A program made the translations under genes and the position numbers. A DNA stretch of 64,000 nt from Escherichia phage vB_EcoM_11B_SA_NWU: sequence record OR062527; one strand, 5' to 3'. A model generated the notes under the pieces. It did no database searches and was not told where the DNA came from. It worked only from the letters and a program-made list of their open reading frames with translations. Of the stretch, positions 9,900-20,915 are shown one piece after another (position 1 is the stretch's first letter; each line of letters opens with the position of its first letter).

Positions 9900-10652
9900 A
9901 TGGCAAACATTATTCGTTGTAAATTACCAGATGGTGTTCATCGTTTTAAACCATTTACGGTAGAAGATTATCGAGATTTTTTGTTAGTTCGAAACGATAT
10001 AGAACATCGGTCACCACAAGAACAAAAAGAAGTAATTGCTGATTTAATTGCTGATTATTTTGGAGACTATCCAAAGACTTGGCAACCATTTATATTTTTG
10101 CAGGTATTTGTAGGTTCAATAGGTAAAACTAAAGTACCAGTCACATTTGTATGTCCAAAATGTAAAAAAGAAAAGACAGTTCCATTTGAAATATATCAAA
10201 AAGAATTAAAGGAACCTATTTTTGATGTAGCTAATGTTAAAATTAAATTAAATTTTCCTTCTGAGTTTTATGAAAATAAAGCAAAGATGATTACTGAAAA
10301 TATTCATTCTGTTCAAGTAGATGAAATGTGGTATGATTGGAAGGAAATTAGTGAATCAAGTCAAATAGAACTTGTTGACGCCATCGAGATAGAAACATTA
10401 GAAAAAATTCTCGATGCAATGAATCCTATTAATTTAACATTGCACATGTCGTGTTGTGATAAGTACATTAAAAAATACACTGATATAGTAGATGTGTTTA
10501 AGCTATTAGTTAATCCAGATGAGATATTTACTTTTTATCAAATTAATCACACGCTTGTAAAAAGTAATTATAGCTTAAATTCAATAATGAAAATGATTCC
10601 TGCCGAGCGCGGATTCGTATTAAAACTGATTGAGAAGGATAAACATCAATGA
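9900..10652 (+). CDS. 51: Baseplate hub assembly protein gp51
   Basis: 250 aa; position between 26 and 27. Confidence 0.85.
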   Translation: MANIIRCKLPDGVHRFKPFTVEDYRDFLLVRNDIEHRSPQEQKEVIADLIADYFGDYPKTWQPFIFLQVFVGSIGKTKVPVTFVCPKCKKEKTVPFEIYQKELKEPIFDVANVKIKLNFPSEFYENKAKMITENIHSVQVDEMWYDWKEISESSQIELVDAIEIETLEKILDAMNPINLTLHMSCCDKYIKKYTDIVDVFKLLVNPDEIFTFYQINHTLVKSNYSLNSIMKMIPAERGFVLKLIEKDKHQ

Positions 10653-11821
10653 GTATGTTACAACGTCCTGGATATCCAAATCTCAGCGTTAAATTATTTG
10701 AGAGTTATGACGCTTGGAGTAATAATAGATTTGTTGAATTAGCTGCTACTATTACCACATTAACTATGCGTGACTCTCTTTATGGTCGAAATGAAGGAAT
10801 GCTACAATTTTATGATTCTAAAAACATTCATACAAAAATGGATGGAAATGAAATAATTCAGATTTCTGTAGCTAATGCAAACGATATTAATAATGTTAAA
10901 ACACGAATTTATGGATGCAAGCATTTTTCCGTGTCAGTAGATTCAAAAGGCGATAACATCATTGCTATTGAATTGGGAACTATTCATTCTATAGAAAATC
11001 TTAAATTTGGTAGACCATTTTTCCCTGATGCCGGTGAATCTATAAAGGAAATGCTTGGCGTAATTTATCAAGATCGTACATTATTAACTCCAGCGATAAA
11101 TGCTATTAATGCTTATGTTCCTGATATTCCATGGACTAGCACATTTGAAAACTATTTGTCATATGTAAGAGAAGTTGCTCTAGCGGTAGGAAGCGATAAG
11201 TTCGTATTTGTATGGCAAGACATCATGGGAGTTAACATGATGGACTATGATATGATGATAAATCAAGAACCGTATCCAATGATTGTAGGTGAGCCAACTT
11301 TAATAGGTCAATTCGTCCAAGAATTGAAATATCCATTAGCATATGATTTTGTTTGGTTGACTAAATCAAACCCGCATAAACGTGATCCAATGAAAAATGC
11401 TACTATCTATGCTCATTCATTTTTAGATTCTTCATTACCAATGATTACTACAGGAAAGGGTGAAAACTCTATTGTAGTGTCAAGGTCAGGTGCTTATTCT
11501 GAAATGACTTATAGAAATGGATATGAAGAAGCTATTCGTCTTCAGACTATGGCGCAGTATGATGGTTACGCTAAATGTTCTACTGTCGGTAATTTTAACT
11601 TGACTCCTGGCGTTAAAATTATTTTTAATGATAGTAAAAACCAATTTAAAACAGAATTTTACGTTGATGAAGTTATTCACGAATTATCAAATAATAATTC
11701 CGTAACTCATCTTTATATGTTCACTAATGCAACGAAACTGGAAACAATCGACCCAGTTAAGGTTAAAAATGAATTTAAAACTGATACTACCACTGAAGAA
11801 AGTAGTTCTTCCGATAAGTAA
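10649..11821 (+). CDS. 27: Baseplate hub protein gp27
   Basis: 390 aa; matches T4 gp27. Confidence 0.9.
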   Translation: MSMLQRPGYPNLSVKLFESYDAWSNNRFVELAATITTLTMRDSLYGRNEGMLQFYDSKNIHTKMDGNEIIQISVANANDINNVKTRIYGCKHFSVSVDSKGDNIIAIELGTIHSIENLKFGRPFFPDAGESIKEMLGVIYQDRTLLTPAINAINAYVPDIPWTSTFENYLSYVREVALAVGSDKFVFVWQDIMGVNMMDYDMMINQEPYPMIVGEPTLIGQFVQELKYPLAYDFVWLTKSNPHKRDPMKNATIYAHSFLDSSLPMITTGKGENSIVVSRSGAYSEMTYRNGYEEAIRLQTMAQYDGYAKCSTVGNFNLTPGVKIIFNDSKNQFKTEFYVDEVIHELSNNNSVTHLYMFTNATKLETIDPVKVKNEFKTDTTTEESSSSDK

Positions 11822-12302
11822 TAAAGAAGTTTCTATTCCTAAGATGGGTCTTAAACATTATAACATTTTAAAAGATGTTAAAGGTCCTGATGAAAATTTA
11901 AAGCTTCTTATTGATTCTATTTGTCCAAATTTATCACCGCCAGAAGTTGATTTCGTTTCTATTCATTTGCTAGAATTTAATGGAAAGATTAAATCTCGTA
12001 AAGAAATAGATGGTTATACTTATGACATTAATGATGTTTATGTATGCCAAAGATTGGAATTTCAATACCAAGGAAATACATTTTATTTTAGACCTCCTGG
12101 AAAATTTGAACAATTTTTAACTGTAAGCGATATGTTATCCAAATGCTTGCTTAAGGTCAATGATGAAGTTAAAGAAATTAATTTTCTTGAGATGCCAGCA
12201 TTTGTTTTAAAATGGGCAAATGATATTTCTACAACTTTAGCAATTCCTGGCCCTAATGGTCCAATAACCGGAATTGGCAATATTATTGGATTATTTGAAT
12301 GA
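11769..12302 (+). CDS. 28: Baseplate hub distal subunit gp28 (start at internal Met of ORF 11727..12302)
   Basis: 177 aa from Met at 11769, matching T4 gp28 length; overlaps gp27 3' end. Confidence 0.8.
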   Translation: MNLKLILPLKKVVLPISNKEVSIPKMGLKHYNILKDVKGPDENLKLLIDSICPNLSPPEVDFVSIHLLEFNGKIKSRKEIDGYTYDINDVYVCQRLEFQYQGNTFYFRPPGKFEQFLTVSDMLSKCLLKVNDEVKEINFLEMPAFVLKWANDISTTLAIPGPNGPITGIGNIIGLFE

Positions 12303-14071
12303 AAAAGCCACAAGAAATGCAAACGATGCGTAGAAAAATTATTTCAGATAATAAACCAACACAGGAAGCGGCTAAATCCGCTTCTAACACTTTATCTGGA
12401 CTTAATGACATATCTACGAAATTGGATGATGCTCAAGCTGCCTCTGAATTAATAGCTCAAACTGTCGAAGAAAAATCGAATGAAATAGTTGGAGCAATTG
12501 ATAACGTTGAAAGCGCAGTAAGTGATACTACTGCCGGTTCTGAGTTAATTGCTGAAACTGTTGAAATTGGCAACAATATTAATAAAGAAATCGGTGAATC
12601 GCTCGGAAGCAAATTAGATAAATTAACAAGTTTACTGGAACAAAAAATTCAGACAGCTGGAATTCAGCAAACTGGAACGAGTTTAGCAGTAGTCGAAAAT
12701 GCTATTCCTGTTAAAGTCGTCGAGGATGATACAGCTGAATCTGTGGGTCCTTTATTACCGGCTCCTGAAGCAGTTAATAATGATCCTGATGCTGATTTTT
12801 TCCCTACTCCTCAGCCAATTGAACCAAAACAAGAGTCTCCAGAAGAGAAGCAAAAAAGAGACGCATTTAACTTAAAAATATCTAATGCATTAGATAAATT
12901 AACAAAGACAGTTGATTTCGGATTTAAGAAATCTATTTCAATTACTGATAAAATATCTAGCATGCTATTTAAGTATACCGTCAGTGCTGCTATTGAAGCT
13001 GCTAAAATGGTTGCATTGATAATGGCTGTTGTTATTGGAATAGACCTGCTGATGGTTCATTTTAAATACTGGTCAGATAAATTTTCAAAAGCCTGGGATT
13101 TATTTGGTACTAATTTTACTAAATTCTCTAACGAAACTGGAACATGGGGTCCTTTATTACAGAGCATCTTTGATTCTATTGATAAAATTAAACAACTTTG
13201 GGAAGCTGGAGATTGGGGCGGATTAACAGCAGCTATTGTTGAAGGGCTTGGAAGTGTTCTTTATAATTTAGGAGAGCTTATTCAATTAGGTATGGCTAAA
13301 TTATCTGCTGCAATTCTTCGAGTCATTCCTGGCATGAAGGATACTGCTGATGAAGTAGAAGGAAGAGCATTAGAAAATTTCCAAAATTCTACTGGAGCGT
13401 CTCTTAATAAAGAAGACCAAGAAAAAGTAGCAAATTATCAAGATAAACGAATGAATGACGATCTTGGCCCAATAGCAAAAGGATTAGACAAAATTGCGAA
13501 CTGGAAAACTCGTGCATCTAACTGGATTCGTGGTGTAGATAATAAAGAAGCATTGACTACTGACGAAGAACGTGCAGCAGAAGAAGAAAAATTAAAGCAA
13601 CTTTCACCGGAAGAAAGAAAAAATGCTTTAATGAAAGCTAATGAAGCTCGTGCTGCGATGATTCGTTTTGAAAAATACGCTGATTCAGCTGATATGAGCA
13701 AAGACTCGACAGTTAAATCAATTGAAGCTGCTCATGAAGACCTTAAAAAACGAATGAATGATCCGGATTTAAATAACTCACCAGCGGTTAAAAAAGAACT
13801 TGCTTCTAGATTTGCTAAAATTAATGCCACTTATCAAGAGCTCAAGAAAAATCAACCTGAAGCAAAACCTGAAACTTCTGCTAAATCACCAGAAGCAAAA
13901 CAGGTCCAGGTGATTGAAAAGAACAAAGCACAACAAGCTCCTGTTCAACAAGCATCTCCTTCAATCAATAATACTAATAATGTTATTAAGAAAAATACTG
14001 TCGTTCATAACATGACACCTGTCACAAGCACAACTGCTCCTGGTGTATTTGGCGCGACGGGAGTTAATTAA
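12299..14071 (+). CDS. 29: Tail tube length determinator / baseplate hub protein gp29
   Basis: 590 aa as in T4 gp29; ATGA overlap with gene 28. Confidence 0.9.
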   Translation: MKKPQEMQTMRRKIISDNKPTQEAAKSASNTLSGLNDISTKLDDAQAASELIAQTVEEKSNEIVGAIDNVESAVSDTTAGSELIAETVEIGNNINKEIGESLGSKLDKLTSLLEQKIQTAGIQQTGTSLAVVENAIPVKVVEDDTAESVGPLLPAPEAVNNDPDADFFPTPQPIEPKQESPEEKQKRDAFNLKISNALDKLTKTVDFGFKKSISITDKISSMLFKYTVSAAIEAAKMVALIMAVVIGIDLLMVHFKYWSDKFSKAWDLFGTNFTKFSNETGTWGPLLQSIFDSIDKIKQLWEAGDWGGLTAAIVEGLGSVLYNLGELIQLGMAKLSAAILRVIPGMKDTADEVEGRALENFQNSTGASLNKEDQEKVANYQDKRMNDDLGPIAKGLDKIANWKTRASNWIRGVDNKEALTTDEERAAEEEKLKQLSPEERKNALMKANEARAAMIRFEKYADSADMSKDSTVKSIEAAHEDLKKRMNDPDLNNSPAVKKELASRFAKINATYQELKKNQPEAKPETSAKSPEAKQVQVIEKNKAQQAPVQQASPSINNTNNVIKKNTVVHNMTPVTSTTAPGVFGATGVN

Positions 14072-14079
14072 GGAATAAT

Positions 14080-15174
14080 ATGGCAATTGTTAAAGAAATA
14101 ACTGCTGATTTAATTAAAAAGTCCGGTGAAACAATTTCAGCCGGACAGAGTACTAAATCAGAAGTAGGAACTAAAACATACACAGCCCAGTTTCCAACTG
14201 GGCGTGCTAGTGGTAATGACACTACAGGGGACTTCCAGGTAACAGATCTATATAAGAATGGATTATTATTTACTGCATACAATATGTCATCTAGGGATTC
14301 TGGAAGTCTTAGAACGATGAGATCTAACTACTCTTCTTCATCTTCGAGTATTTTACGTACAGCCAGAAACACTATCAGTAATACAGTATCAAAACTATCA
14401 AATGGACTAATATCAGATAATAATTCAGGAACAATAAGTAAAGTTCCTGTTGCAAATATTCTTTTACCTAGATCTAAATCTGACGTCGATACGTCATCAC
14501 ATAGATTTAATGATGTTCAAGATAGTCTTATTACAAAAGGCGGAGGTACTGCTACTGGTGTGCTAAGCAATATGGCTTCAACCGCAGTATTTGGAGCGTT
14601 GGAAAGTATAACACAAGGTATAATGGCTGATAATAATGAACAGATCTATACAACAGCCAGAAGCATGTACGGCGGTGCTGAAAATAGAACTAAAGTGTTC
14701 ACTTGGGATTTAACTCCGCGCTCAACAGAAGATTTAATGGCTATTATTAATATCTATCAGTATTTTAACTATTTTTCTTATGGTGAAACTGGTAAATCTC
14801 AATATGCTGCTGAAATAAAAGGATATTTAGATGAGTGGTATCGTTCTACATTTATTGAACCATTAACGCCAGAAGACGCGATTAAAAACAAGACGTTATT
14901 TGAAAAAATGACATCGAGTTTAACGAACGTTCTTGTAGTTTCAAACCCGACAATTTGGATGGTGAAAAACTTTGGTGCAACTTCTAAATTTGATGGAAAG
15001 ACTGAAGTATTCGGTCCATGCCAAATACAGAGTATTAGATTTGATAAAACACCAAATGGTAACTTTAATGGATTAGCTATTGCTCCTAACCTTCCAAGTT
15101 CTTTTACACTCGAGATTACTATGAGAGAGATTATTACGTTAAACCGTGCTTCTTTATATACGGGGACTTTCTAA
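14080..15174 (+). CDS. 48: Baseplate tail-tube junction protein gp48
   Basis: 364 aa, position and size. Confidence 0.88.
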   Translation: MAIVKEITADLIKKSGETISAGQSTKSEVGTKTYTAQFPTGRASGNDTTGDFQVTDLYKNGLLFTAYNMSSRDSGSLRTMRSNYSSSSSSILRTARNTISNTVSKLSNGLISDNNSGTISKVPVANILLPRSKSDVDTSSHRFNDVQDSLITKGGGTATGVLSNMASTAVFGALESITQGIMADNNEQIYTTARSMYGGAENRTKVFTWDLTPRSTEDLMAIINIYQYFNYFSYGETGKSQYAAEIKGYLDEWYRSTFIEPLTPEDAIKNKTLFEKMTSSLTNVLVVSNPTIWMVKNFGATSKFDGKTEVFGPCQIQSIRFDKTPNGNFNGLAIAPNLPSSFTLEITMREIITLNRASLYTGTF

Positions 15175-16139
15175 TGTATTCTTTAGAGGAATTTAATAAT
15201 CAAGCAATAAACGCAGACTTCCAACGTAATAATATGTTCAGCTGTGTTTTTGCTACAACTCCATCAACTAAAAGCTCATCGTTAATAAGCTCAATTAGTA
15301 ACTTTGCTTATAATAACTTGGGTCTAAATTCAGATTGGTTGGGATTAACTCAAGGTGATATTAATCAGGGAATTACCACGCTAATTACCGCTGGCACACA
15401 AAAACTAATAAGAAAATCGGGAGTCAGTAAATATCTTATTGGAGCTATGAGTCAGCGTACTGTTCAGAGTTTATTAGGCTCATTTACAGTTGGTACATAT
15501 TTAATTGACTTCTTTAACATGGCATATAACTCATCTGGATTGATGATATACTCTGTAAAAATGCCAGAGAATAGATTATCCTATGAAACTGACTGGAACT
15601 ATAATTCTCCTAATATTCGTATAACTGGAAGAGAATTAGACCCTTTGGTTATTTCATTCAGAATGGATTCAGAAGCTTGTAACTATCGTGCAATGCAAGA
15701 CTGGGTTAACGCTGTTCAAGACCCAGTAACTGGATTGCGTGCTTTGCCGCAAGATGTCGAGGCAGATATTCAGGTTAATCTTCATTCTCGCAATGGATTA
15801 CCACATACTGCGGTGATGTTCACTGGATGCATTCCAATATCAGTGAGCGCTCCTGAGTTATCATATGATGGAGATAACCAAATAACTACATTTGACGTTA
15901 CTTTTGCGTATAGAGTGATGCAGGCTGGAGCAGTTGATAGACAAGCTGCCCTTGAATGGCTTGAATCTGCTACTATAAATGGTATTCAAAGCGTTCTCGG
16001 AAATAGTGGAGGTGTTACTGGACTATCTAATTCGCTTTCACGACTTAGTAGATTAGGGGGAACTGCAGGAAGCATTTCAAATATTAATACTATGACAGGA
16101 ATTGTCAATTCGCAAAGTAAAATATTAGGAGCAATATAA
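15174..16139 (+). CDS. 54: Baseplate tail-tube initiator gp54
   Basis: 321 aa; ATGA-type overlap with gene 48. Confidence 0.88.
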   Translation: MYSLEEFNNQAINADFQRNNMFSCVFATTPSTKSSSLISSISNFAYNNLGLNSDWLGLTQGDINQGITTLITAGTQKLIRKSGVSKYLIGAMSQRTVQSLLGSFTVGTYLIDFFNMAYNSSGLMIYSVKMPENRLSYETDWNYNSPNIRITGRELDPLVISFRMDSEACNYRAMQDWVNAVQDPVTGLRALPQDVEADIQVNLHSRNGLPHTAVMFTGCIPISVSAPELSYDGDNQITTFDVTFAYRVMQAGAVDRQAALEWLESATINGIQSVLGNSGGVTGLSNSLSRLSRLGGTAGSISNINTMTGIVNSQSKILGAI

Positions 16140-16142
16140 CAA

Positions 16143-16170
16143 TGGGGACCGAAAGGTCCCCATATTTTTA
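16143..16170 (+). terminator. Stem-loop tggggacc-gaaa-ggtcccca + T-run after gene 54
   Basis: 8-bp stem, GAAA loop, followed by tattttta. Confidence 0.6.
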
Positions 16171-16458
16171 TTTACGGAATGAAATAAAAGCAGCAACTGA
16201 AGCAACAGAGGTTTCTTCAATATAAACCTCAATTTTTACCGGAGCTTCTGACTCAAATTTACCTGTTACTACACCTTGGAAAATACTTTCAGTCTGTTCT
16301 GGCTTTGAAAAATTTTCAGAAGGAAAAATTCCAAACTTTTTATCGGTTCCGAAAATTTTAATAAATTCATCATAAACTGCTTCATTGAAAGCGTTATCAG
16401 CGGGAATAACGCCTTCAACGACGAGTTCTTGACCTAAAAAGCGCAAAGAAGATTTCAT
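16168..16458 (-). CDS. Hypothetical protein (alt-54 intergenic position)
   Basis: 96-aa ORF with SD and promoter upstream. Confidence 0.55.
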   Translation of the reverse strand: MKSSLRFLGQELVVEGVIPADNAFNEAVYDEFIKIFGTDKKFGIFPSENFSKPEQTESIFQGVVTGKFESEAPVKIEVYIEETSVASVAAFISFRK

Positions 16459-16485
16459 TTTGTGTTCCTCATGTTATGTCAGTAA

Positions 16486-16520
16486 AACTACTATAACACA
16501 ATACGAGGGACTTGTAAACT
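16486..16520 (-). promoter_or_regulatory. Early (sigma70-type) promoter: GTTTACA-17nt-TATAGT on minus strand
   Basis: Reverse complement gtttacaagtccctcgtattgtgttatagt; near-identical copy at 31790..31822. Confidence 0.5.
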
Positions 16521-18576
16521 ACATTTTGAACTTTTTAGACATTCTGTTGATGTTAACCAAAGAAGCTAAGATTTGAGAAACTTCGCTTTCCTCTTCTTTT
16601 GATTCTTCTACAAGGAATTGATTAAATCCAGCCATTGGACGAACTTCACCAGTTTCCATTAGATGGTCACCATCATATACCGATTCCTCTAATTGTTCAG
16701 AAGGAGGAACAATCGTGCCTTCAATTAGATACTTATTATAAGCGGTTTCTTTCATCATGTACGTACTTACTTTATTAATCTTCAGTAAAATTCCACGCGG
16801 CAAAATAACTTCAGCTTCGGATGGAAATCCTGATAAATGACCCGGAACGATAACTTTAACTCGTTCAGCTCCTTTAATTACCATACCTACATTAGTTTCA
16901 GCGTCTTCATTCGCATATGTAGAATGACTACCCATATGCATTAAATCTTCAGCATCAACTGAACCTTCTCCTTCACCAGAAAATACTGTTCCAGCGTCAT
17001 CTAAAGCCATATAATTTTTACCATATTCACCGAAGATATTTGGCTTGAGTGAAGTAGATACAAAGTTCTTGAAATAGAACATTTTATTTTCTATATTATG
17101 ACGTAAAGTTTTAAAAGTAACTTCTTGGCCACGGTAAAGTGTAGTTCCCGGAGGAAGAACTGAACCTTTAGCAAATGCAGAATCCAACGTCTCAATGTGC
17201 TTAATAGCACGTTCCATATATTCTTCACGTGTAGAATCAGGTTTACCTAAAAGGAACGAGTTCATTTCAACATATGAATCTGCGCAATAATCTTCAATTA
17301 CATCAGACTCAGCCTGAGTTAATCCTTTTGGAGTTACTTCAGTGCTTGCATATTCATATGCCTGAGCAGCAGATTCATCAATTAATTTATAAATTCCATT
17401 CATTACAAATTGAATAATAGCTGTCTTTTCATCTGGTGTAGCTTTAGAACCTTTAACTAAATCATTGACAATTTTCTTAATAACATCAAAGCTATTAGAA
17501 ATATTAATGTCAGCAAGATCGCTTAAAATTTTATCAGTTTTATAATCAAAGAATTCTTTATTCTTTAAATATTCTTGAGAACCTTGATATGTTATATCGC
17601 TCTGCAGCTTGATAGATGGATCGCGTAAACGTGCATGGGCCAATGCAATATGATTTCGGAAGCTTTCGAGTTCATAATCACTAGATTTAAAACGAGAAGC
17701 ACTTCTCATACCACCGATAGCTCCTTTGCTAAAGTTTGAACCAACCTGAATAACGCCAGAGTTCATTGGTCCTTCTGCTTTATATACCGGAACTTTAGAT
17801 TCAAACTCTTGATATTTCTTAGCAGCGAAGCTATCACCCTGAAGTGAAGCATCAACAGTAGAATATTGAGCTTGTGCTGCTAATCGACGACTAATTTTAG
17901 TTTTCTGAATAACAGCTTGATCCGTGCGCTTATCATTTTCTAAAGCAATAGAAGCAGCAACAGCAACAGCTTTAGGAACAGCATTACCTGTTTTAACGTC
18001 TACATAAACATCACCAACCTTTGATTCAACTTTTGTGAATAACTCGGTTGAAATAGGAGGTACACCTGGAATGTCTTCTAAATTGGCATTTTTACGGTAA
18101 ACCATAATATATGCGTACTTTTTATCATAATCCCAGATTTCCTTTAAAAGAACATATCGACCTGCTCCTTTAGTACGTACTAAACGGTCAGCAATAACTT
18201 GCATTTGACGAGCTGCGCCATTTGTTTTACTTTTTAGTACGCGGAATAGGCATGCATCAATTTTATACTGCTTCATTGTTTGAAGAGCAGTATCAAAAAC
18301 AGCATTAATGACGCCAATTGGATTTCCACCCAAGTTTTTAAGCTTAACTAATGATAGTTTCTCATTAACACCTATCATTACGATATGCATCATTTTGTCG
18401 CCTGGCTTAACGTTTTTATTCGTATCACCGCCAGAGGTGTATGTACAAAATCTAAATCCAGGAAGCACGCTTTCTTCACCTGCTTGAATAGCAAAAATTT
18501 GAGGTATTTTATGCTTAGGATTTAAGTTAACAACCGGCGCCGAAGCGCCGTCAAATAATTCTGTAATAAGTTCCAT
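16519..18576 (-). CDS. Alt-family ADP-ribosyltransferase paralog (685 aa)
   Basis: N-terminal MELITELFD... capsid-targeting-like region shared with Alt; C-terminal R-S-E ART motifs (LYRGQ, STSL, EAEVILPRG). Confidence 0.8.
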   Translation of the reverse strand: MELITELFDGASAPVVNLNPKHKIPQIFAIQAGEESVLPGFRFCTYTSGGDTNKNVKPGDKMMHIVMIGVNEKLSLVKLKNLGGNPIGVINAVFDTALQTMKQYKIDACLFRVLKSKTNGAARQMQVIADRLVRTKGAGRYVLLKEIWDYDKKYAYIMVYRKNANLEDIPGVPPISTELFTKVESKVGDVYVDVKTGNAVPKAVAVAASIALENDKRTDQAVIQKTKISRRLAAQAQYSTVDASLQGDSFAAKKYQEFESKVPVYKAEGPMNSGVIQVGSNFSKGAIGGMRSASRFKSSDYELESFRNHIALAHARLRDPSIKLQSDITYQGSQEYLKNKEFFDYKTDKILSDLADINISNSFDVIKKIVNDLVKGSKATPDEKTAIIQFVMNGIYKLIDESAAQAYEYASTEVTPKGLTQAESDVIEDYCADSYVEMNSFLLGKPDSTREEYMERAIKHIETLDSAFAKGSVLPPGTTLYRGQEVTFKTLRHNIENKMFYFKNFVSTSLKPNIFGEYGKNYMALDDAGTVFSGEGEGSVDAEDLMHMGSHSTYANEDAETNVGMVIKGAERVKVIVPGHLSGFPSEAEVILPRGILLKINKVSTYMMKETAYNKYLIEGTIVPPSEQLEESVYDGDHLMETGEVRPMAGFNQFLVEESKEEESEVSQILASLVNINRMSKKFKM

Positions 18577-18579
18577 GAT

Positions 18580-20673
18580 TTATCCTTGAACGAACTTGTA
18601 AGGCATGTTTGTAATATCTATGCAAGACGCAATAATTCCAAGAGATGATTCTACTTTCTGTTTAATATTTGATGAAACAAATGATGCAAAGTCAACTCTG
18701 TCTTCTATTTCAATATCACCTGTCATTGCAACCAATTCACCAGTTTCCATTAAATGGTCTCCGTCATAGATTACCGATTCGGTGAGCTCTTCTGTGGTCA
18801 TAACTTCAGCTTGAATGAGTTTTGTATTATTAGATGTTGTTCCGTCATTATTAGAAGCATCAGTTATTTTATTAACCTTGACCATCAATCCGCGTGGTAG
18901 AATAACTTCAGCTTCTGTTGCTATTCCGAGACTTCCTGGATATACAACATTAACTTTATGAGCTCCATCAATTGCCCATCCTATTTGAACTTTAACATAT
19001 TCAGGATTTTCTTTATACGCTCTTATTTCGTTTGGATTAATAGTTATTCCTTCTTCATTTTTATCAACTGTTAATTCATTGCGAGCTTCTGGTTCTAAAA
19101 GACCAATACCAGCATGTGTGATTCCAAAACGTCCAAAAATGATAGGAGTTAAAGAAGTAGATACAAAATTTCTGAAGTAGAACACTTTATTTTTAACTAA
19201 CGCTTCATATATAGGAGCAGTCATACTTTGAGCACGATAAACTGTAATGCCTTCTGGTATACGGTCACCATTTTCAAAAGCTGAATCTAAGTTATTTATA
19301 GCAGATTCAATTTCTTTTTCACTCATTACATCGTATCGTTCTGGATTGTAACGACCTAAAAGAAGATTATTGATGTCAGTATATCCTGAACCGCAATATT
19401 CTCTAATGCCACGCTTTTGTGATGGAGTATATTTAGAACCATCGCGTGCAATAGTAATATCAATCATTGGACCAGCACCAATTCCAGAAAAACTGTAAAT
19501 CATTCGTTTGAGGAATTTAGTTTTTGTTGCGTTCCAGGAATTTTTAGTTATTTCTTCCCAGACTTCATCTGATTGTCCTTTACGATTTTTATTATGATTA
19601 GCAAGCCATTTATCTTTATAATCTTCAAAGAATTGATTTACAGCTGCTGCGTATTTCTCTAAACATTTTATTGAAGTAGTTGGTTCATTTTTAATTGCAT
19701 TAAAAATTACTTCTTTAATTTTTTCTGAAACTTCACCGACTTGACTCATTGGAAAGAATTTATAATCATAGTGAAGTTCATCTGCCGTTCCTTCGGCAAT
19801 AATTTTTGCTGCCTTTGTTTTAGAAGCTAATGAATTAATTCCAATTTTCATTTCTTCTGCTTCGGGAATTAAAGGTGCAGTAGCTGGTTTATTAAAATTG
19901 GCTGCTGTAGATTCATACTTCTGGAATAATTCACTTTCAAATCTAGAAGATTCCAATGACTGACTTTGTGCAATTGCTCTACGGGAAATTTTAACTTTAA
20001 CGATTACAGCTTGGTCAGAACGTTTATCATTTTCTTGTGCAATAGATGCTGCAATTGCCTCATTTTTAGTTACTTGAGCACCAGTATCTTTATTGATATA
20101 AACATCACCGACCTTCGATTCAACTTTAGTAAAGAGCTCTGTACTAATTTCCGGAACTCCTGGAATGTCTTCTAGTGATACATTTTTGCGATGTATAAGA
20201 ATATATGCATACTTTTTATCGTAATCCCAGAGTTCCTTAAGAAGGACGTATCTGCCACCTGAACGACTGCGGATGAGTCTATCAGCAATAAGTTGAATTT
20301 GTCGAGCTTGACCGGCGGTTTTAGACTTAAGAATACGAAGCATACAGGCATCAATTTTATATTGACGCATTGTTTGCATTGCAACAGTAAAAACAGAATT
20401 GATATAATTAATCGGGCTTGGACCAAGACCTTTTAATTTAGCAATTGAACCTTTAGCAGTTAATGTAAAAGGAACAATATGCATCATTTTGTCGCCCATC
20501 TTTAAATCACGATTAGTATCACCTCCAGATGTATAGGTACATAAACGAAAGCCTGGTTGTTCAATTGCATCATCAACATGAACTGAAAAAATTTGTGGTA
20601 TTTTCTTCTTTGGATTTAAGTTTGTAATCGGAAGAGTAGTATCTTCGTCAAATAATTCTGTAATAAGTTCCAT
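18580..20673 (-). CDS. alt: Alt, packaged ADP-ribosyltransferase (697 aa)
   Basis: Matches T4 Alt N- and C-termini from memory; ART motifs VYRAQ, STSL, EAEVILPRG. Confidence 0.85.
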   Translation of the reverse strand: MELITELFDEDTTLPITNLNPKKKIPQIFSVHVDDAIEQPGFRLCTYTSGGDTNRDLKMGDKMMHIVPFTLTAKGSIAKLKGLGPSPINYINSVFTVAMQTMRQYKIDACMLRILKSKTAGQARQIQLIADRLIRSRSGGRYVLLKELWDYDKKYAYILIHRKNVSLEDIPGVPEISTELFTKVESKVGDVYINKDTGAQVTKNEAIAASIAQENDKRSDQAVIVKVKISRRAIAQSQSLESSRFESELFQKYESTAANFNKPATAPLIPEAEEMKIGINSLASKTKAAKIIAEGTADELHYDYKFFPMSQVGEVSEKIKEVIFNAIKNEPTTSIKCLEKYAAAVNQFFEDYKDKWLANHNKNRKGQSDEVWEEITKNSWNATKTKFLKRMIYSFSGIGAGPMIDITIARDGSKYTPSQKRGIREYCGSGYTDINNLLLGRYNPERYDVMSEKEIESAINNLDSAFENGDRIPEGITVYRAQSMTAPIYEALVKNKVFYFRNFVSTSLTPIIFGRFGITHAGIGLLEPEARNELTVDKNEEGITINPNEIRAYKENPEYVKVQIGWAIDGAHKVNVVYPGSLGIATEAEVILPRGLMVKVNKITDASNNDGTTSNNTKLIQAEVMTTEELTESVIYDGDHLMETGELVAMTGDIEIEDRVDFASFVSSNIKQKVESSLGIIASCIDITNMPYKFVQG

Positions 20674-20710
20674 GTTATCCTCTCTAGTGTTTATTCTATT
20701 TATAAAATTA

Positions 20711-20728
20711 AAGGCCCGAAGGCCTTTA
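20711..20728. other. Stem-loop aaaggccc-gaa-gggccttt between alt and upstream ORF
   Basis: Perfect inverted repeat in 56-nt intergenic gap. Confidence 0.45.
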
Positions 20729-20729
20729 A

Positions 20730-20915
20730 TTAATAGAGAGCTAAAAGAGTACGATATACTTCAAACTTTGGACCTTTTTCATATGGATCAAATCTTTCCG
20801 TGAATTCATCATATGCTAGTTTATCTGGGAATTCAAGAATAACCTGCGATACCGCAGTGGAAACATCTCCACCTTCTTTTTGAGCCACGACAATTGTTTC
20901 TAAGTAAGCTTTCAT
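20730..20915 (-). CDS. Hypothetical small protein between gene 30 and alt
   Basis: 61-aa ORF, overlaps ligase stop (ATGA). Confidence 0.5.
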   Translation of the reverse strand: MKAYLETIVVAQKEGGDVSTAVSQVILEFPDKLAYDEFTERFDPYEKGPKFEVYRTLLALY

